Virus record (IMG/VR): IMGVR_UViG_3300045988_080614
From: a virus
Direction: 5' to 3' (one strand)
Length of the DNA stretch: 64,000 bases
Below, in pieces: positions 38,937-48,289 of the stretch (position 1 is the stretch's first letter; each line of letters begins with the position of its first letter). Under the pieces are notes generated by a model. It saw only the letters and a list, made by a program, of their open reading frames with translations, was not told the DNA's origin and ran no database searches. A program made the position numbers and the translations under genes.

Positions 38937-39176
38937 TTACACTAGGTTAAGACTTACGGCAGTACATTTCTTGAAATCCAAGTTCATATCTGCCATACGA
39001 TATTCCAGAGCTTCAAGGTAGGCAGTCATACCTACAGACTGCTTCACCATTAGCTTATACTGGTACTCGCCAACTTTCTGCAAGAAACCTTCCTTCTTCA
39101 AGGCTGCATTCAACTTACTTAAATGCTCTACTAACTCATCATGCTCATCAAGCATTCTTTTCTGATAATCTTCCAT
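38937..39176 (-). CDS. hypothetical protein
   Basis: The track start at 39230 is TTG. The first ATG at 39176 (MEDYQKRMLDEH...) removes the overlap with the upstream gene. Confidence 0.5.
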   Translation of the reverse strand: MEDYQKRMLDEHDELVEHLSKLNAALKKEGFLQKVGEYQYKLMVKQSVGMTAYLEALEYRMADMNLDFKKCTAVSLNLV

Positions 39177-39211
39177 ATTATTTATATTTATATTTCGTAA
39201 AAACTGATTAG

Positions 39212-39604
39212 TTACTTGTTTGGGATGCAACGATTCTCAAACTTCTTGTAAGCATCAAGATAAAACTCATCTTTAGCTTTGTTGTATGTTACCTCATAGT
39301 ACATACCATCAGGTAGTGTTGTTGAAAGAAGCCACTTTGCATTACCAAGAATGTAACACTGCCATACTACATATACTTCAAACTCTTGTTTTGAATCACT
39401 CTTATCCAAGTGTTCCTCAACATATTTATGTACAAATTCACTTACTTTTTTATTCATATTATTCTCATTTATGTCTTCGTTTACTTCAATGTATTTAATT
39501 GGGTTGTCTTTATCTACAAGACAAGCCATGTTAAAACATTGAAGGTTATCTTTAAATATACACCCTACACATTCCAATGTAGGGTTTGGAACTTCCTTAA
39601 TCAT
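39212..39604 (-). CDS. hypothetical protein
   Basis: 130-aa ORF with a Cys-rich N-terminus (CVGCIF...C...C). Confidence 0.5.
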   Translation of the reverse strand: MIKEVPNPTLECVGCIFKDNLQCFNMACLVDKDNPIKYIEVNEDINENNMNKKVSEFVHKYVEEHLDKSDSKQEFEVYVVWQCYILGNAKWLLSTTLPDGMYYEVTYNKAKDEFYLDAYKKFENRCIPNK

Positions 39605-39619
39605 AATTACTATCTATTA

Positions 39620-39835
39620 CTAAAGCTCATCAAACTCTTTTTGCAATCTCTGTTTTGTTTCATTCAGAAGTTGCTTGAATTTAGTCTCAAATTCCTTATC
39701 ACACTGTGATAGCCCCCAAATAGCATCAGCAATTCTAAAATTACCTGATTTTGAAGACATATTTAAGAGTTCATCTACTTTAGGAATTAAACTCTTTGCT
39801 AAGATATTTCCTCTTTCTAATTTTTCTGTATTCAT
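39620..39835 (-). CDS. hypothetical protein
   Basis: 71-aa ORF. Confidence 0.45.
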   Translation of the reverse strand: MNTEKLERGNILAKSLIPKVDELLNMSSKSGNFRIADAIWGLSQCDKEFETKFKQLLNETKQRLQKEFDEL

Positions 39836-39897
39836 ATTACTATCTATTTATCCTTTATAGGATGTTAGACTTTTTCTTAATTCTTCTTCTGTTATAG

Positions 39898-40023
39898 TTA
39901 TTTTCTATTAACTTCTGTTGGGTCATAACATCCATCTATTTTACACCCTTGTCCTAATATTGAATGTTTACATCTAATGTTTTCAAAATAAGGACAGGGT
40001 GGTTGCTTTCTTTGTTTACCCAT
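39898..40023 (-). CDS. small Cys-rich protein (41 aa)
   Basis: Hand-translated MGKQRKQPPCPYFENIRCKHSILGQGCKIDGCYDPTEVNRK. Strong AAGGAGG lies 5 nt upstream of the ATG. Confidence 0.4.
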   Translation of the reverse strand: MGKQRKQPPCPYFENIRCKHSILGQGCKIDGCYDPTEVNRK

Positions 40024-40044
40024 ATTACCTCCTTACAGGATAAA

Positions 40045-40290
40045 TTATTCTACTTTCTCATAAGTTGCTAAGAAAATATCAGGCTTACAAGGATAGAATT
40101 CTCCCTTTACACCTTTAATAATGTAATCACCAATAGATGCTTCCATATCTCCTTCTAAAGTATGAATTATAAGGGTAGTACCTTTATTTGTAATACTTTC
40201 ACCTATAAAATCATCAATTTCTGAGAGATTTGTTCCCAGCCACTGAATAGCCTCAATGATAACTGGCTTCTTTCTATATTTGTTATTCAT
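40045..40290 (-). CDS. hypothetical small phage protein
   Basis: [11 protein letters not shown]...[27 protein letters not shown], a pattern I recall as recurrent in phage small proteins. Confidence 0.5.
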   Translation of the reverse strand: MNNKYRKKPVIIEAIQWLGTNLSEIDDFIGESITNKGTTLIIHTLEGDMEASIGDYIIKGVKGEFYPCKPDIFLATYEKVE

Positions 40291-40426
40291 TATTTTTAAT
40301 TGATTTAGTTATTATACTACAATACTTAATAGCTTTAATTGCTATCCAAATAGCATGTTTTTGCTTAGGGTCAATAAGATTACTTCTAATTTTAAATAAT
40401 ATTTTTATAACCTCTTTTATATTCAT
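40283..40426 (-). CDS. small hypothetical protein (47 aa)
   Basis: Hand-translated [24 protein letters not shown]... Overlaps the next start. Confidence 0.3.
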   Translation of the reverse strand: MNIKEVIKILFKIRSNLIDPKQKHAIWIAIKAIKYCSIITKSIKNNE

Positions 40427-40801
40427 TTATACTTCTATTTTTAAAGAAATATCAAGACCAAATAAAAGATGCTGTAAATCAGGAACATTTTCTACAGCTC
40501 TTAACCATACAATAGACTTATTTACTACTTTATAAGCAGCATAATTAGTATTACTTTTACAAAGTCTTATATGATAAGAATCATTAAAATAACCATCTTT
40601 ATCCTTTTTCCATCCATTCTTTTCAAGAATTTCTGGGGTAAGAGGTATATCTTCAATAAAGTCATCACAGATAACTCCATTAAAATTATCTTTAACCCCT
40701 TTAAAACAATATCCATACTTTGAAGTATTAGTTACTTCTATTAAGTATTTAGTATTACCTATTTTATAATGTAATAAATCACTAGTAATATATTTTGGCA
40801 T
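40427..40801 (-). CDS. hypothetical protein
   Basis: 124-aa ORF. Confidence 0.5.
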   Translation of the reverse strand: MPKYITSDLLHYKIGNTKYLIEVTNTSKYGYCFKGVKDNFNGVICDDFIEDIPLTPEILEKNGWKKDKDGYFNDSYHIRLCKSNTNYAAYKVVNKSIVWLRAVENVPDLQHLLFGLDISLKIEV

Positions 40802-40827
40802 AATAATTAATTAATTTTTATTAATAC

Positions 40828-40992
40828 TTAATCTTCTGCTATTTCTATTCCAAATGTTACTATAAAGCCAAGAAGAGTAAAGAATGTAAAGATTCCTATA
40901 GCATCATTTTTAAATAGATAATAACTATATACTTCTAATATCACTATTAATAAGTAAGCAATAAGGATAATACATAATTTAAATACTTTCAT
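40828..40992 (-). CDS. small membrane protein (54 aa)
   Basis: Hand-translated MKVFKLCIILIAYLLIVILEVYSYYLF...FTLLGFIVTFGIEIAED. Confidence 0.3.
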   Translation of the reverse strand: MKVFKLCIILIAYLLIVILEVYSYYLFKNDAIGIFTFFTLLGFIVTFGIEIAED

Positions 40993-40997
40993 AATTG

Positions 40998-41159
40998 TTA
41001 AAATTTAATTCTAAAATCTTTACCTTTAAGAGTAGGTCTCTTACTTAAGATAAATTTTTCTAATTCTTCTAAATCAATAGGGAAGATTGAATTATATTTA
41101 TATTTTAAAGTACAAATAAATCTTCCATTAAGCATAATGTCAAATGTAAATATTTCCAT
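40998..41159 (-). CDS. small hypothetical protein (53 aa)
   Basis: Hand-translated MEIFTFDIMLNGRFICTLKYKYNS... Confidence 0.3.
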   Translation of the reverse strand: MEIFTFDIMLNGRFICTLKYKYNSIFPIDLEELEKFILSKRPTLKGKDFRIKF

Positions 41160-41167
41160 TATTCATT

Positions 41168-41422
41168 TCATTTATTATAAATTACAACCGAATCTACAGG
41201 AGTTTTACCTTCATAAGTAATTCTTAATTCTGTATTACCTTTATATACATCTAAAGCTGTAGGAGTTTTGTTTATGTATGCCATGATAAATGATGACTCA
41301 ATAACCACAATAATTAAAAGCACAATAGAAATAATACTACTATATTTATCACTTATTATAATTGCACAAATTATCGTTACAGTAGCAATTAACATAAGAA
41401 TAATATATGCTAATATAATCAT
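41168..41422 (-). CDS. small membrane protein
   Basis: 84-aa ORF with two hydrophobic helices. GGAGGGAGG lies upstream of the ATG. Confidence 0.45.
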   Translation of the reverse strand: MIILAYIILMLIATVTIICAIIISDKYSSIISIVLLIIVVIESSFIMAYINKTPTALDVYKGNTELRITYEGKTPVDSVVIYNK

Positions 41423-41778
41423 TATTTACCTCCCTCCTTTGGTAATAAATCATCAATGTAGAGCCAACGAGTGATGCCTAACTCTTTAACCGTCTGCTTC
41501 CAATCATCAGCATCTACTTCATCCAAACTTGCCCATTTACACATTGAACCTGTATATCTAAACAAAATGGCAGACTTATCCTTTGGCTCTTCAATAGCAT
41601 CATACCAGAGGTTGTTTAAAAACCAGTTTATGGCTGCTTTAAATGATTCCTTGACATCTTCTTCTCTATACAGAACCATAGAGCCTATTTTGCCAATCTC
41701 ATCCTCATTAAGCCCATAAGAGCCTAGATTATTAAGTTGCCTTTCAGTAGCCTCTTCTATTTTCCTATTATCTATCAT
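41422..41778 (-). CDS. hypothetical protein
   Basis: 118-aa ORF. AAGGAGG lies 9 nt upstream of the ATG. Confidence 0.5.
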   Translation of the reverse strand: MIDNRKIEEATERQLNNLGSYGLNEDEIGKIGSMVLYREEDVKESFKAAINWFLNNLWYDAIEEPKDKSAILFRYTGSMCKWASLDEVDADDWKQTVKELGITRWLYIDDLLPKEGGK

Positions 41779-41781
41779 AGC

Positions 41782-42105
41782 TTAATCCTCCTTTAATATT
41801 TCTATCAACTTATCAGCCCTCTTAATTGCAAGCCTTTCCTCAATGAAACAAGTTTCATTTGGCTTCGAAATAAGTATCTTTAAAAGTTCTTTTGCTAGCT
41901 CATATCTTCTCTGCTCCCAATTAATTGTAGCATCTAAGTTGGGAATTTCTTCAAAGTCCCAATAGTAGTTAAGAGGTTCTTCTACATGTTCTGCACCTTT
42001 GCTATCTATATATGAAACACTATCATATTTACATCTTCTGGTAGTACAATTAAAACAGACAATATTCACAATTTCGCCTGTCTTTCTGATTTTAGCTTTT
42101 TTCAT
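41782..42105 (-). CDS. hypothetical protein
   Basis: The track start at 42108 is GTG and the ATG is at 42105. AAGGAAG lies upstream. Confidence 0.5.
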   Translation of the reverse strand: MKKAKIRKTGEIVNIVCFNCTTRRCKYDSVSYIDSKGAEHVEEPLNYYWDFEEIPNLDATINWEQRRYELAKELLKILISKPNETCFIEERLAIKRADKLIEILKED

Positions 42106-42202
42106 CACTCACTTCCTTTCGTAATTAAGTCAAACAACTCATCTACAAATATTCAATCAGTAAAAGTATTACTTCCTTAACACCTTTCATAAATTACTTA
42201 TT

Positions 42203-42679
42203 TTATAAAAAGTTTTTTATTTCTTTATCCCAGTTTGTAATATGTTCCAAATGATATTTAGAATCATTTAAATCTATTAATACAGCCTGATATAAAGAAT
42301 TAAATTGATTACGTGTAATTGGTTTCCAATACTTAGTATCAGTAACTTTAAAACTATTTTTATAGATATTATAACGTCCCACTACTAAGCAAGTTACTAC
42401 TTCCTCTTCTTCCATATCAAGAACTTGAAAGATTTCAGTAGTTTCACTAGTATCTTCTTCTATAAAGCAATCACCTGCTTTAATATTCTTAACACATTTC
42501 TGTGTTTCTAACTTTCTTATTGTAGTAAGTATTTTAACTTTTTCTTTAGATAAATCATCTAGCCTATCATATAGTTTATTAATAGCATCATCATAAGCTT
42601 TATTTTCATAAGTATCAGCTAAATTAGATAATCTATCTTTTAATTTATTAAATTCTCCTTTTATTATTTTCTTTTCCAT
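42203..42679 (-). CDS. hypothetical coiled-coil protein
   Basis: 158-aa ORF with GAAGGAG upstream. Distant paralog of 43719-44114 (shared GDC[FY] and W..IT..QF). Confidence 0.5.
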   Translation of the reverse strand: MEKKIIKGEFNKLKDRLSNLADTYENKAYDDAINKLYDRLDDLSKEKVKILTTIRKLETQKCVKNIKAGDCFIEEDTSETTEIFQVLDMEEEEVVTCLVVGRYNIYKNSFKVTDTKYWKPITRNQFNSLYQAVLIDLNDSKYHLEHITNWDKEIKNFL

Positions 42680-42681
42680 AT

Positions 42682-43713
42682 TTACTCCTTCACATTTTTA
42701 GTTGTACCTAACAAGTGCTCATTTCCCTCGTAAGGAATGCACTGCTTAAAAGCAAAATTGGTCATACTACGGCAGTTCATTATATGATATGGATTATTCC
42801 AAGTACTATCAAACTTCTCAAAGAACCCTGGGAACCATTCTTCTGTATCTGTATTCCTCACGAGCACCTTGTCAAAAGGCTTGAACTTGCACTTCTTTAG
42901 CAAGTCCTCCAAAGTCTTTGTCTCTGCATTCCAAGCCTTGTTTTTCTTGGCTAGGGCATCAAAGAGTTGTTGCTTCTCGGAGTCTGTTGCTAAGCGGAGG
43001 CTATAATGAACTTTTGTATTACCATATTCAGCTTCAGTAAATTTATCGTCAGCATTATAGAAAGCATAGTAAAAAGCTCTTTCGTCTCCATCTTTATATT
43101 CACCTTTTAAGATGAAAATACAATTTGCAAAATATCCACCTTTAATTCCTTTCATAAACACAATATCCCCATCCTTGAACTCGGGCTGCTTTTCAATTTC
43201 CAAAGTTTCAAGGTTTAACTTACCACCACACTCCCTTTCTAAGGAATCCATATATATCTTAGTTTCTGCATCTGTCATTTTTCTCCAATTTCTAGTTATA
43301 AAATTAGGGATTGAACTATATCTGTTTTGTAATGGTTTATCAATATACTCACCCATGGAAGTAATAAGGTGTACCGCATTAAATCTTGTATAATCATCAT
43401 TAAGCCATTTATCAAAGACAACTCTATATCCATCCATAATCAGCACATCGCCTTTCTTCCAAGCAAACTTAGACCAGTCTCGCATTTCTTTTGATGGAAA
43501 AACAACACATTCTCCACCATCAAACATATTGCCAAATTTAATTAATACACATTCTCCAGTTTGCGTTAAACCAAATTTTGAAGTACAGAAGTTTATCTTA
43601 AAAATTTCATCTGTCACAGCTTCAAAACTACATTTTCCATGAATAGTAGAATACAATTTAGTACCTTTTGGTTTACATTTTAAAATAGCTGCTATGTTTA
43701 TTTTTGTTTCCAT
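42682..43713 (-). CDS. hypothetical protein with internally repeated modules
   Basis: 343-aa ORF with recurring K(P)(F)D/GD.V motifs (KPKGTKLYS, FKDGDIVFMKG, FKPFDKVLVRN). Confidence 0.55.
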   Translation of the reverse strand: METKINIAAILKCKPKGTKLYSTIHGKCSFEAVTDEIFKINFCTSKFGLTQTGECVLIKFGNMFDGGECVVFPSKEMRDWSKFAWKKGDVLIMDGYRVVFDKWLNDDYTRFNAVHLITSMGEYIDKPLQNRYSSIPNFITRNWRKMTDAETKIYMDSLERECGGKLNLETLEIEKQPEFKDGDIVFMKGIKGGYFANCIFILKGEYKDGDERAFYYAFYNADDKFTEAEYGNTKVHYSLRLATDSEKQQLFDALAKKNKAWNAETKTLEDLLKKCKFKPFDKVLVRNTDTEEWFPGFFEKFDSTWNNPYHIMNCRSMTNFAFKQCIPYEGNEHLLGTTKNVKE

Positions 43714-43718
43714 GTTAT

Positions 43719-44114
43719 TTACTCTTTATTAATACTTTTATTAATTTCTATAATAAAGTCACTCCAGTTATATTTTTTTATAATCTCCCAATTTGGGTCT
43801 TGTATATTTTTTAATGCAAGAAGATATCCCTTTTTAAATTGTTCTGATGTGATTTTTACCCAACCTGTAATATCATATATATAAGAAGAATCTCTACCGA
43901 TATAATCTTCATCTACACATATATAATATACATAGTTATTACTTATTGCAACAATTTTTACTAAAGTGCTCCATACAATATCAAAATAACAATCTCCAAC
44001 AGTAAAATTAGAAAGTATTTCTTTCTTTTCTAATATCTTAATTTGATTATAGATATCATCACTTTCCTTCTTTAATTGTTTATATTTAGCTCTTAATTCT
44101 TTTAATGTTTCCAT
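43719..44114 (-). CDS. hypothetical coiled-coil protein
   Basis: 131-aa ORF. Confidence 0.5.
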   Translation of the reverse strand: METLKELRAKYKQLKKESDDIYNQIKILEKKEILSNFTVGDCYFDIVWSTLVKIVAISNNYVYYICVDEDYIGRDSSYIYDITGWVKITSEQFKKGYLLALKNIQDPNWEIIKKYNWSDFIIEINKSINKE

Positions 44115-44125
44115 AAAGATATAAT

Positions 44126-44458
44126 TTACTCATTATACATATAAGAAATACTATCTAATAATACATTATTATGAAAACCTTCATAAAATGTACTATCAAT
44201 ATTACATCTTATATTAATATATTCACTCATTGCTTCAGATTTATCTTTAGCCCATATATTATTGTTATCAAATATAATATCAGCTAAGTTAATAACTTCT
44301 TTATATTCTTCTAACTTATAATATTTAAACTGTAATTCATCAATAAATTCTCTTTGTTTATTAATTATTTGTGCTTGATTATATAAACAAATAGTACTAA
44401 ATATAAGAAGAGAGGTTAATATAACCTCTCCTATTATATGATATAAAAAATGTTTCAT
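44126..44458 (-). CDS. hypothetical membrane-anchored protein
   Basis: 110-aa ORF with an N-terminal hydrophobic helix. Confidence 0.45.
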   Translation of the reverse strand: MKHFLYHIIGEVILTSLLIFSTICLYNQAQIINKQREFIDELQFKYYKLEEYKEVINLADIIFDNNNIWAKDKSEAMSEYINIRCNIDSTFYEGFHNNVLLDSISYMYNE

Positions 44459-44460
44459 AA

Positions 44461-45111
44461 TTAATTCTTATAAATATTATCGAGAATATTCTTAAAATGT
44501 GGATTATCTATTACAGATTGTGCATCAGCTTCATTTTTGAACATAATATTACCAAAATACATATCTGTATTAGAATTAATATGAACAATTTGATAACCAT
44601 AAGGTTCTGTTGTGGTTTTATCATAAGCTATCATATAACCGCATTTATCAACATTAGTACTATATTCCCAATCACCATTAAAATATTTAGCAATATTCAT
44701 TAACTGTGAAATAGCTAAAATCTTATCCATACAGTGAGTACGTACTCTAAGTCCACCAAAATTGGTAGGACAGGCTTGAAGTATATCATTATAAGTAATA
44801 TCGTGCTTCTTGAATTTAATTATGCCTTTAGCCAAATCACTATTTTCTAAATCTATCTCCATCCCTTCAGGAATTTCAACAGTTAATTGATTATTCTTTA
44901 TTTCCATATTATTATTATTATTTGTTAATTTAAAAATTACACCTGTATTATCACGTCTAAATATATAAGAACAATGCCCTAAAAAAGATTTATATGTACT
45001 ACAACCACTGGTTTCAAATGCACATCCTTTACATCCTATACCTATGCCAACTTTTACTACTTGATAAGTTTTATTTCCATAGGTAAATATTTCACCTATT
45101 TTTCTTTCCAT
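44461..45111 (-). CDS. hypothetical protein
   Basis: 216-aa ORF with a Cys cluster CKGCAF..GC....LGHC near the N-terminus. Confidence 0.5.
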   Translation of the reverse strand: MERKIGEIFTYGNKTYQVVKVGIGIGCKGCAFETSGCSTYKSFLGHCSYIFRRDNTGVIFKLTNNNNNMEIKNNQLTVEIPEGMEIDLENSDLAKGIIKFKKHDITYNDILQACPTNFGGLRVRTHCMDKILAISQLMNIAKYFNGDWEYSTNVDKCGYMIAYDKTTTEPYGYQIVHINSNTDMYFGNIMFKNEADAQSVIDNPHFKNILDNIYKN

Positions 45112-45551
45112 AATTCTTTAACATTAAAATCTTCATTTTTATTAATGTATTTAAATTTACCTGTATAGATAAGTGTATTAGATACTACTTCATTATAATA
45201 ATTAACTACATATATACTACCTTTTGGAATAATAAATTTTCCTACATAAACAGGATTATATAAAACATTTGTAGTAATAAAAGGATACAAATTTCCATTA
45301 GGAAAAAAGAGCATATCTTTTGTCTGTAAGTCACATACTCCCTGTAAAGATAATAAACTATGTAAACCTATATTAATAGAATCTCTATTAAAATCTACAT
45401 ATTCACGCATAGGAGTATTTCTGCTATACATATAAGTAGTCATAAAATAAGAATAAAACCTAACTTCATCTGCAAAGCAGCCTACTTTATAAACTGTAAT
45501 ATCTCTTTTTGCTATTAAGAGTTTACTTTCTTTTGTTTTATTGAAGCACAT
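45096..45551 (-). CDS. MC-family paralog B (hypothetical)
   Basis: MCF..., IAKRDITVYKV, GLHS, GKFIIPKGSIYVVN...VVSNTLIYTGKF. Confidence 0.55.
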   Translation of the reverse strand: MCFNKTKESKLLIAKRDITVYKVGCFADEVRFYSYFMTTYMYSRNTPMREYVDFNRDSINIGLHSLLSLQGVCDLQTKDMLFFPNGNLYPFITTNVLYNPVYVGKFIIPKGSIYVVNYYNEVVSNTLIYTGKFKYINKNEDFNVKELWKEK

Positions 45552-45583
45552 AAGCTTAATATTTAAAATACTTAAATATAAAA

Positions 45584-45617
45584 AGGAGTATACTAACTAG
45601 ATAGTTAATATACTCCT
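45584..45617 (-). terminator. intrinsic terminator-like hairpin
   Basis: Stem aggagtata(c)taact / agtta(a)tatactcct (about 14 bp) followed by TTTT on the minus strand. Lies just upstream of the start at 45551. Confidence 0.45.
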
Positions 45618-45769
45618 ACAAAACATATGGCATAAAGCCTCTCAGAGATTTTGGAGAAGTAATACGAATTGAACGTACTTTGGCTACTTAAAACTGTGTT
45701 TCACCTTATCACCTGTCCTATATAGTTTCAACTATATAGGTAACTTCTCGTTTAATAATTATTATATCT

Positions 45770-46192
45770 TCATAACTTTACCCACTTACCTGTGTAAATA
45801 ATGTTAGAAGAAACAATTTCCCCTCTAGTATTTATATAGTATTCAGAACCTTTAGGAACTATAAAAGTACCTAAATATAGATGAGAGTATAGTCTTAAGT
45901 CATCTACAAAACCCTTGATAGCATCTCCTAAATATATATCTCTAAAATAGGGATTTTGAGGATAAAATTCTATAGCTACTTCTTTATAAGAATGGTAACC
46001 AGCTTCTATTTCAATTATTTCATAATCATTTTTTATAGGCTTTAAAGGAATTATTGGATTACTTCCTTTAATTCTATAGATATGTTTCTGAAATAAACTA
46101 ACAAAAGTATTACCAAGTACTACACCTATTTTATAGACATAAAAGTCTCTTTTAGCTATCTGTTTAGTATTTTTTCTACCTATCCAACACAT
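45770..46192 (-). CDS. MC-family paralog C (hypothetical)
   Basis: MCW..., IAKRDFYVYKI, GYHS, GTFIVPKGSEYYIN...IVSSNIIYTGKW. Confidence 0.55.
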   Translation of the reverse strand: MCWIGRKNTKQIAKRDFYVYKIGVVLGNTFVSLFQKHIYRIKGSNPIIPLKPIKNDYEIIEIEAGYHSYKEVAIEFYPQNPYFRDIYLGDAIKGFVDDLRLYSHLYLGTFIVPKGSEYYINTRGEIVSSNIIYTGKWVKL

Positions 46193-46195
46193 ATT

Positions 46196-46651
46196 TTAAA
46201 GTTCTAAATATTGGTCATAAAATAGTCTTTTTATCTTATCTTCTCCTATCATTGAAACTGCTTTCTTTATAGCTTCTTCACTATTAAAGTAAACAATTCC
46301 AGCATACTTAACATTTATATGTTTATAAATATAAATATTATCAAACAATTTAACAACTATAGAATGATTTACTCCATCATTCTTACCTAGAAAATATTTA
46401 GTACCTTTTTCTATTTTTGTAATACTATTAAAGTAAGAAGCAAGTACAGATAATTGTGCTAAGGTTTTGAATTTGTCTATTTGTCCTAGAGGTAAATCCA
46501 AACTTACAGTTTTAGATTGTTCTTTGACATAATAGAGTATTATTTCATCTCTACTAAAAGCATTTAATGCTAATGCTTTAAGTATATCATTATTGCTACT
46601 ATACCAATTAGCAGCTTGTTGTATAGTTATTTTTACATTTCTTGTTTCCAT
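46196..46651 (-). CDS. hypothetical protein
   Basis: 151-aa ORF. Confidence 0.5.
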   Translation of the reverse strand: METRNVKITIQQAANWYSSNNDILKALALNAFSRDEIILYYVKEQSKTVSLDLPLGQIDKFKTLAQLSVLASYFNSITKIEKGTKYFLGKNDGVNHSIVVKLFDNIYIYKHINVKYAGIVYFNSEEAIKKAVSMIGEDKIKRLFYDQYLEL

Positions 46652-46653
46652 AA

Positions 46654-46776
46654 TTATTTAATTTTAATAGACCAATCAGGTCTGTTATACATATTCCTAT
46701 AATGATTTGCAGATTTATAATCATTAAAAGGTTTAATGATATTACCTGTACTATCTAATAATAAAACTTGTTTCAT
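46654..46776 (-). CDS. small hypothetical protein (40 aa)
   Basis: Hand-translated MKQVLLLDSTGNIIKPFNDYKSANHYRNMYNRPDWSIKIK. Confidence 0.3.
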   Translation of the reverse strand: MKQVLLLDSTGNIIKPFNDYKSANHYRNMYNRPDWSIKIK

Positions 46777-46777
46777 A

Positions 46778-47170
46778 TTATTTCTTTACTATTTTGTTAA
46801 TAAGTATAGGAGCAGTAGTATCAATACCATAAGTATCCTTTTTAGGGATACTATAGTATCTAATATGATTTGTTCCTCTGTTAGAATAAGAATATATATG
46901 ATTACAGGAATCTACTTTATACTTACAGGTATTACCTGGGTAGTATACTGTATATTCTAAGTAATATACTTCCTTATAAGATTTTTTAATATTTGTATAG
47001 CAAGATGTAGTAATTCCTAAGCAAAATAATACTATTGTAGTTAGTATTGCATTTACTTTTATAGAATTATACTTATTACATCTTACATTATTTATAATAA
47101 TCATAATAAATATAATAGCAATAACTACACTTATTACTAATACTAATTCATAAATATTACTATTATTCAT
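46778..47170 (-). CDS. hypothetical membrane protein
   Basis: 130-aa ORF with two N-terminal hydrophobic helices. Confidence 0.45.
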   Translation of the reverse strand: MNNSNIYELVLVISVVIAIIFIMIIINNVRCNKYNSIKVNAILTTIVLFCLGITTSCYTNIKKSYKEVYYLEYTVYYPGNTCKYKVDSCNHIYSYSNRGTNHIRYYSIPKKDTYGIDTTAPILINKIVKK

Positions 47171-47213
47171 TTTATTTCTGTTTTAAATAATTAATAATCA
47201 AATGTATCACATC

Positions 47214-47507
47214 TTACCAAGCATCTGTATATAATGGTTCAATGGTTATATACTTGAAGTAATCACTGCCTGAGCCTTTTCTATTACATCTCATATATGC
47301 TTTAGCAAATTTATTATCTTCTTTGATTTCTTTATGAACTAATTGCATAAAGAGTACATCATTATTTATTTCTAGAGTATGTTGATTAAATCTATTTACA
47401 CATCCTTTCCAAGTATCTACTATAATAATTGGTTGTATATCATTAGTACATACTATTGTAAGCATATAAAGCTTCTTTCCTCTGGGATTTTCTATTTGAT
47501 TATACAT
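47214..47507 (-). CDS. hypothetical protein
   Basis: 97-aa ORF. Confidence 0.5.
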   Translation of the reverse strand: MYNQIENPRGKKLYMLTIVCTNDIQPIIIVDTWKGCVNRFNQHTLEINNDVLFMQLVHKEIKEDNKFAKAYMRCNRKGSGSDYFKYITIEPLYTDAW

Positions 47508-47545
47508 AATTATACTATTTAAATAATTTGACTTAAAATTGTTGG

Positions 47546-47617
47546 GTCCTGTAAGAGAGAATAAATAAAGGCTAATATTTACTAACCTAACTAGAGTTAT
47601 TTATCTCCTTACAGGAC
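47546..47617. repeat. long imperfect hairpin, copy 1 of a repeated element
   Basis: Arms gtcctgtaagagagaataaata / tatttatctccttacaggac form about 20 bp with two bulges and a loop of about 30 nt. Intergenic. Confidence 0.55.
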
Positions 47618-47646
47618 TAACAATCATTTTTACAAACAATATTTAA

Positions 47647-47832
47647 TTAAATTTTACTTTTAATTTCTTTAAAAAGACAATAGCTATTAATTCCACCTGC
47701 AAGAAGCAAGAAGAATAATACTATGAATATTTGTGTTCCTTTATATAAGAATAAATAGAAACACATTGCAATAGCAATTATATAAATAAATTGCATAAAT
47801 GCAAAAAAGACTAATGTACTACACTTTTTCAT
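47647..47832 (-). CDS. small membrane protein
   Basis: 61-aa ORF with two hydrophobic helices. Confidence 0.4.
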   Translation of the reverse strand: MKKCSTLVFFAFMQFIYIIAIAMCFYLFLYKGTQIFIVLFFLLLAGGINSYCLFKEIKSKI

Positions 47833-47844
47833 AACTAAGGAATT

Positions 47845-47892
47845 AAAAACCTACATAGTAATAAATACTATAGTATCTATTAACTATGTAGG
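47845..47892 (-). terminator. intrinsic terminator-like hairpin
   Basis: 10-bp stem cctacatagt/actatgtagg flanked by A5/T5 runs, so it could work in both directions. Confidence 0.45.
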
Positions 47893-47922
47893 AAAAAACT
47901 TATAACATAACAACTTAGCACT

Positions 47923-48102
47923 TTAATATCTAAATAATTTCTTTTTAGCTTTATTCTTATGTGAATAGTAAGTGCTCTTTGCCTTACTTTCACAAAAGAC
48001 TAATTCAATTTCTTTTGTAATTTTAGTTACATGATTTTTACGAACAATAGTTCTTTCACTCTTGTAGTAGCAAGTAGCTACTTTTTCATTAATTGTTCTC
48101 AT
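47923..48102 (-). CDS. small basic protein (59 aa)
   Basis: Hand-translated MRTINEKVATCYYKSERTIVRKNHVTK... Confidence 0.35.
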   Translation of the reverse strand: MRTINEKVATCYYKSERTIVRKNHVTKITKEIELVFCESKAKSTYYSHKNKAKKKLFRY

Positions 48103-48109
48103 AATTCTA

Positions 48110-48289
48110 TTACTTTTTTAATGTTACTTTAAACCAAATGCACTTACCTTTCAGTAAATGTTTATGCAAAGCAAAAGCTCTACAATCTTTTAAACCTTCC
48201 TCTATAGTTTTAGAGGCATTGATAGTCCTAGCTAAATAATAGTTAGGTCTAAACATTCGATAGAATGTTATTAAATACGTCTTTTTCAT
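48110..48289 (-). CDS. small basic protein (59 aa)
   Basis: Hand-translated MKKTYLITFYRMFRPNYYLARTINASK... Confidence 0.35.
   Translation of the reverse strand: MKKTYLITFYRMFRPNYYLARTINASKTIEEGLKDCRAFALHKHLLKGKCIWFKVTLKK

Noticed and set aside
45618-45769. Possibility that the 218-nt spacer between two MC-family paralogs is a decayed fourth paralog.
   Set aside because: My hand translation was incomplete and recovered none of the family motifs, so the idea has no support.
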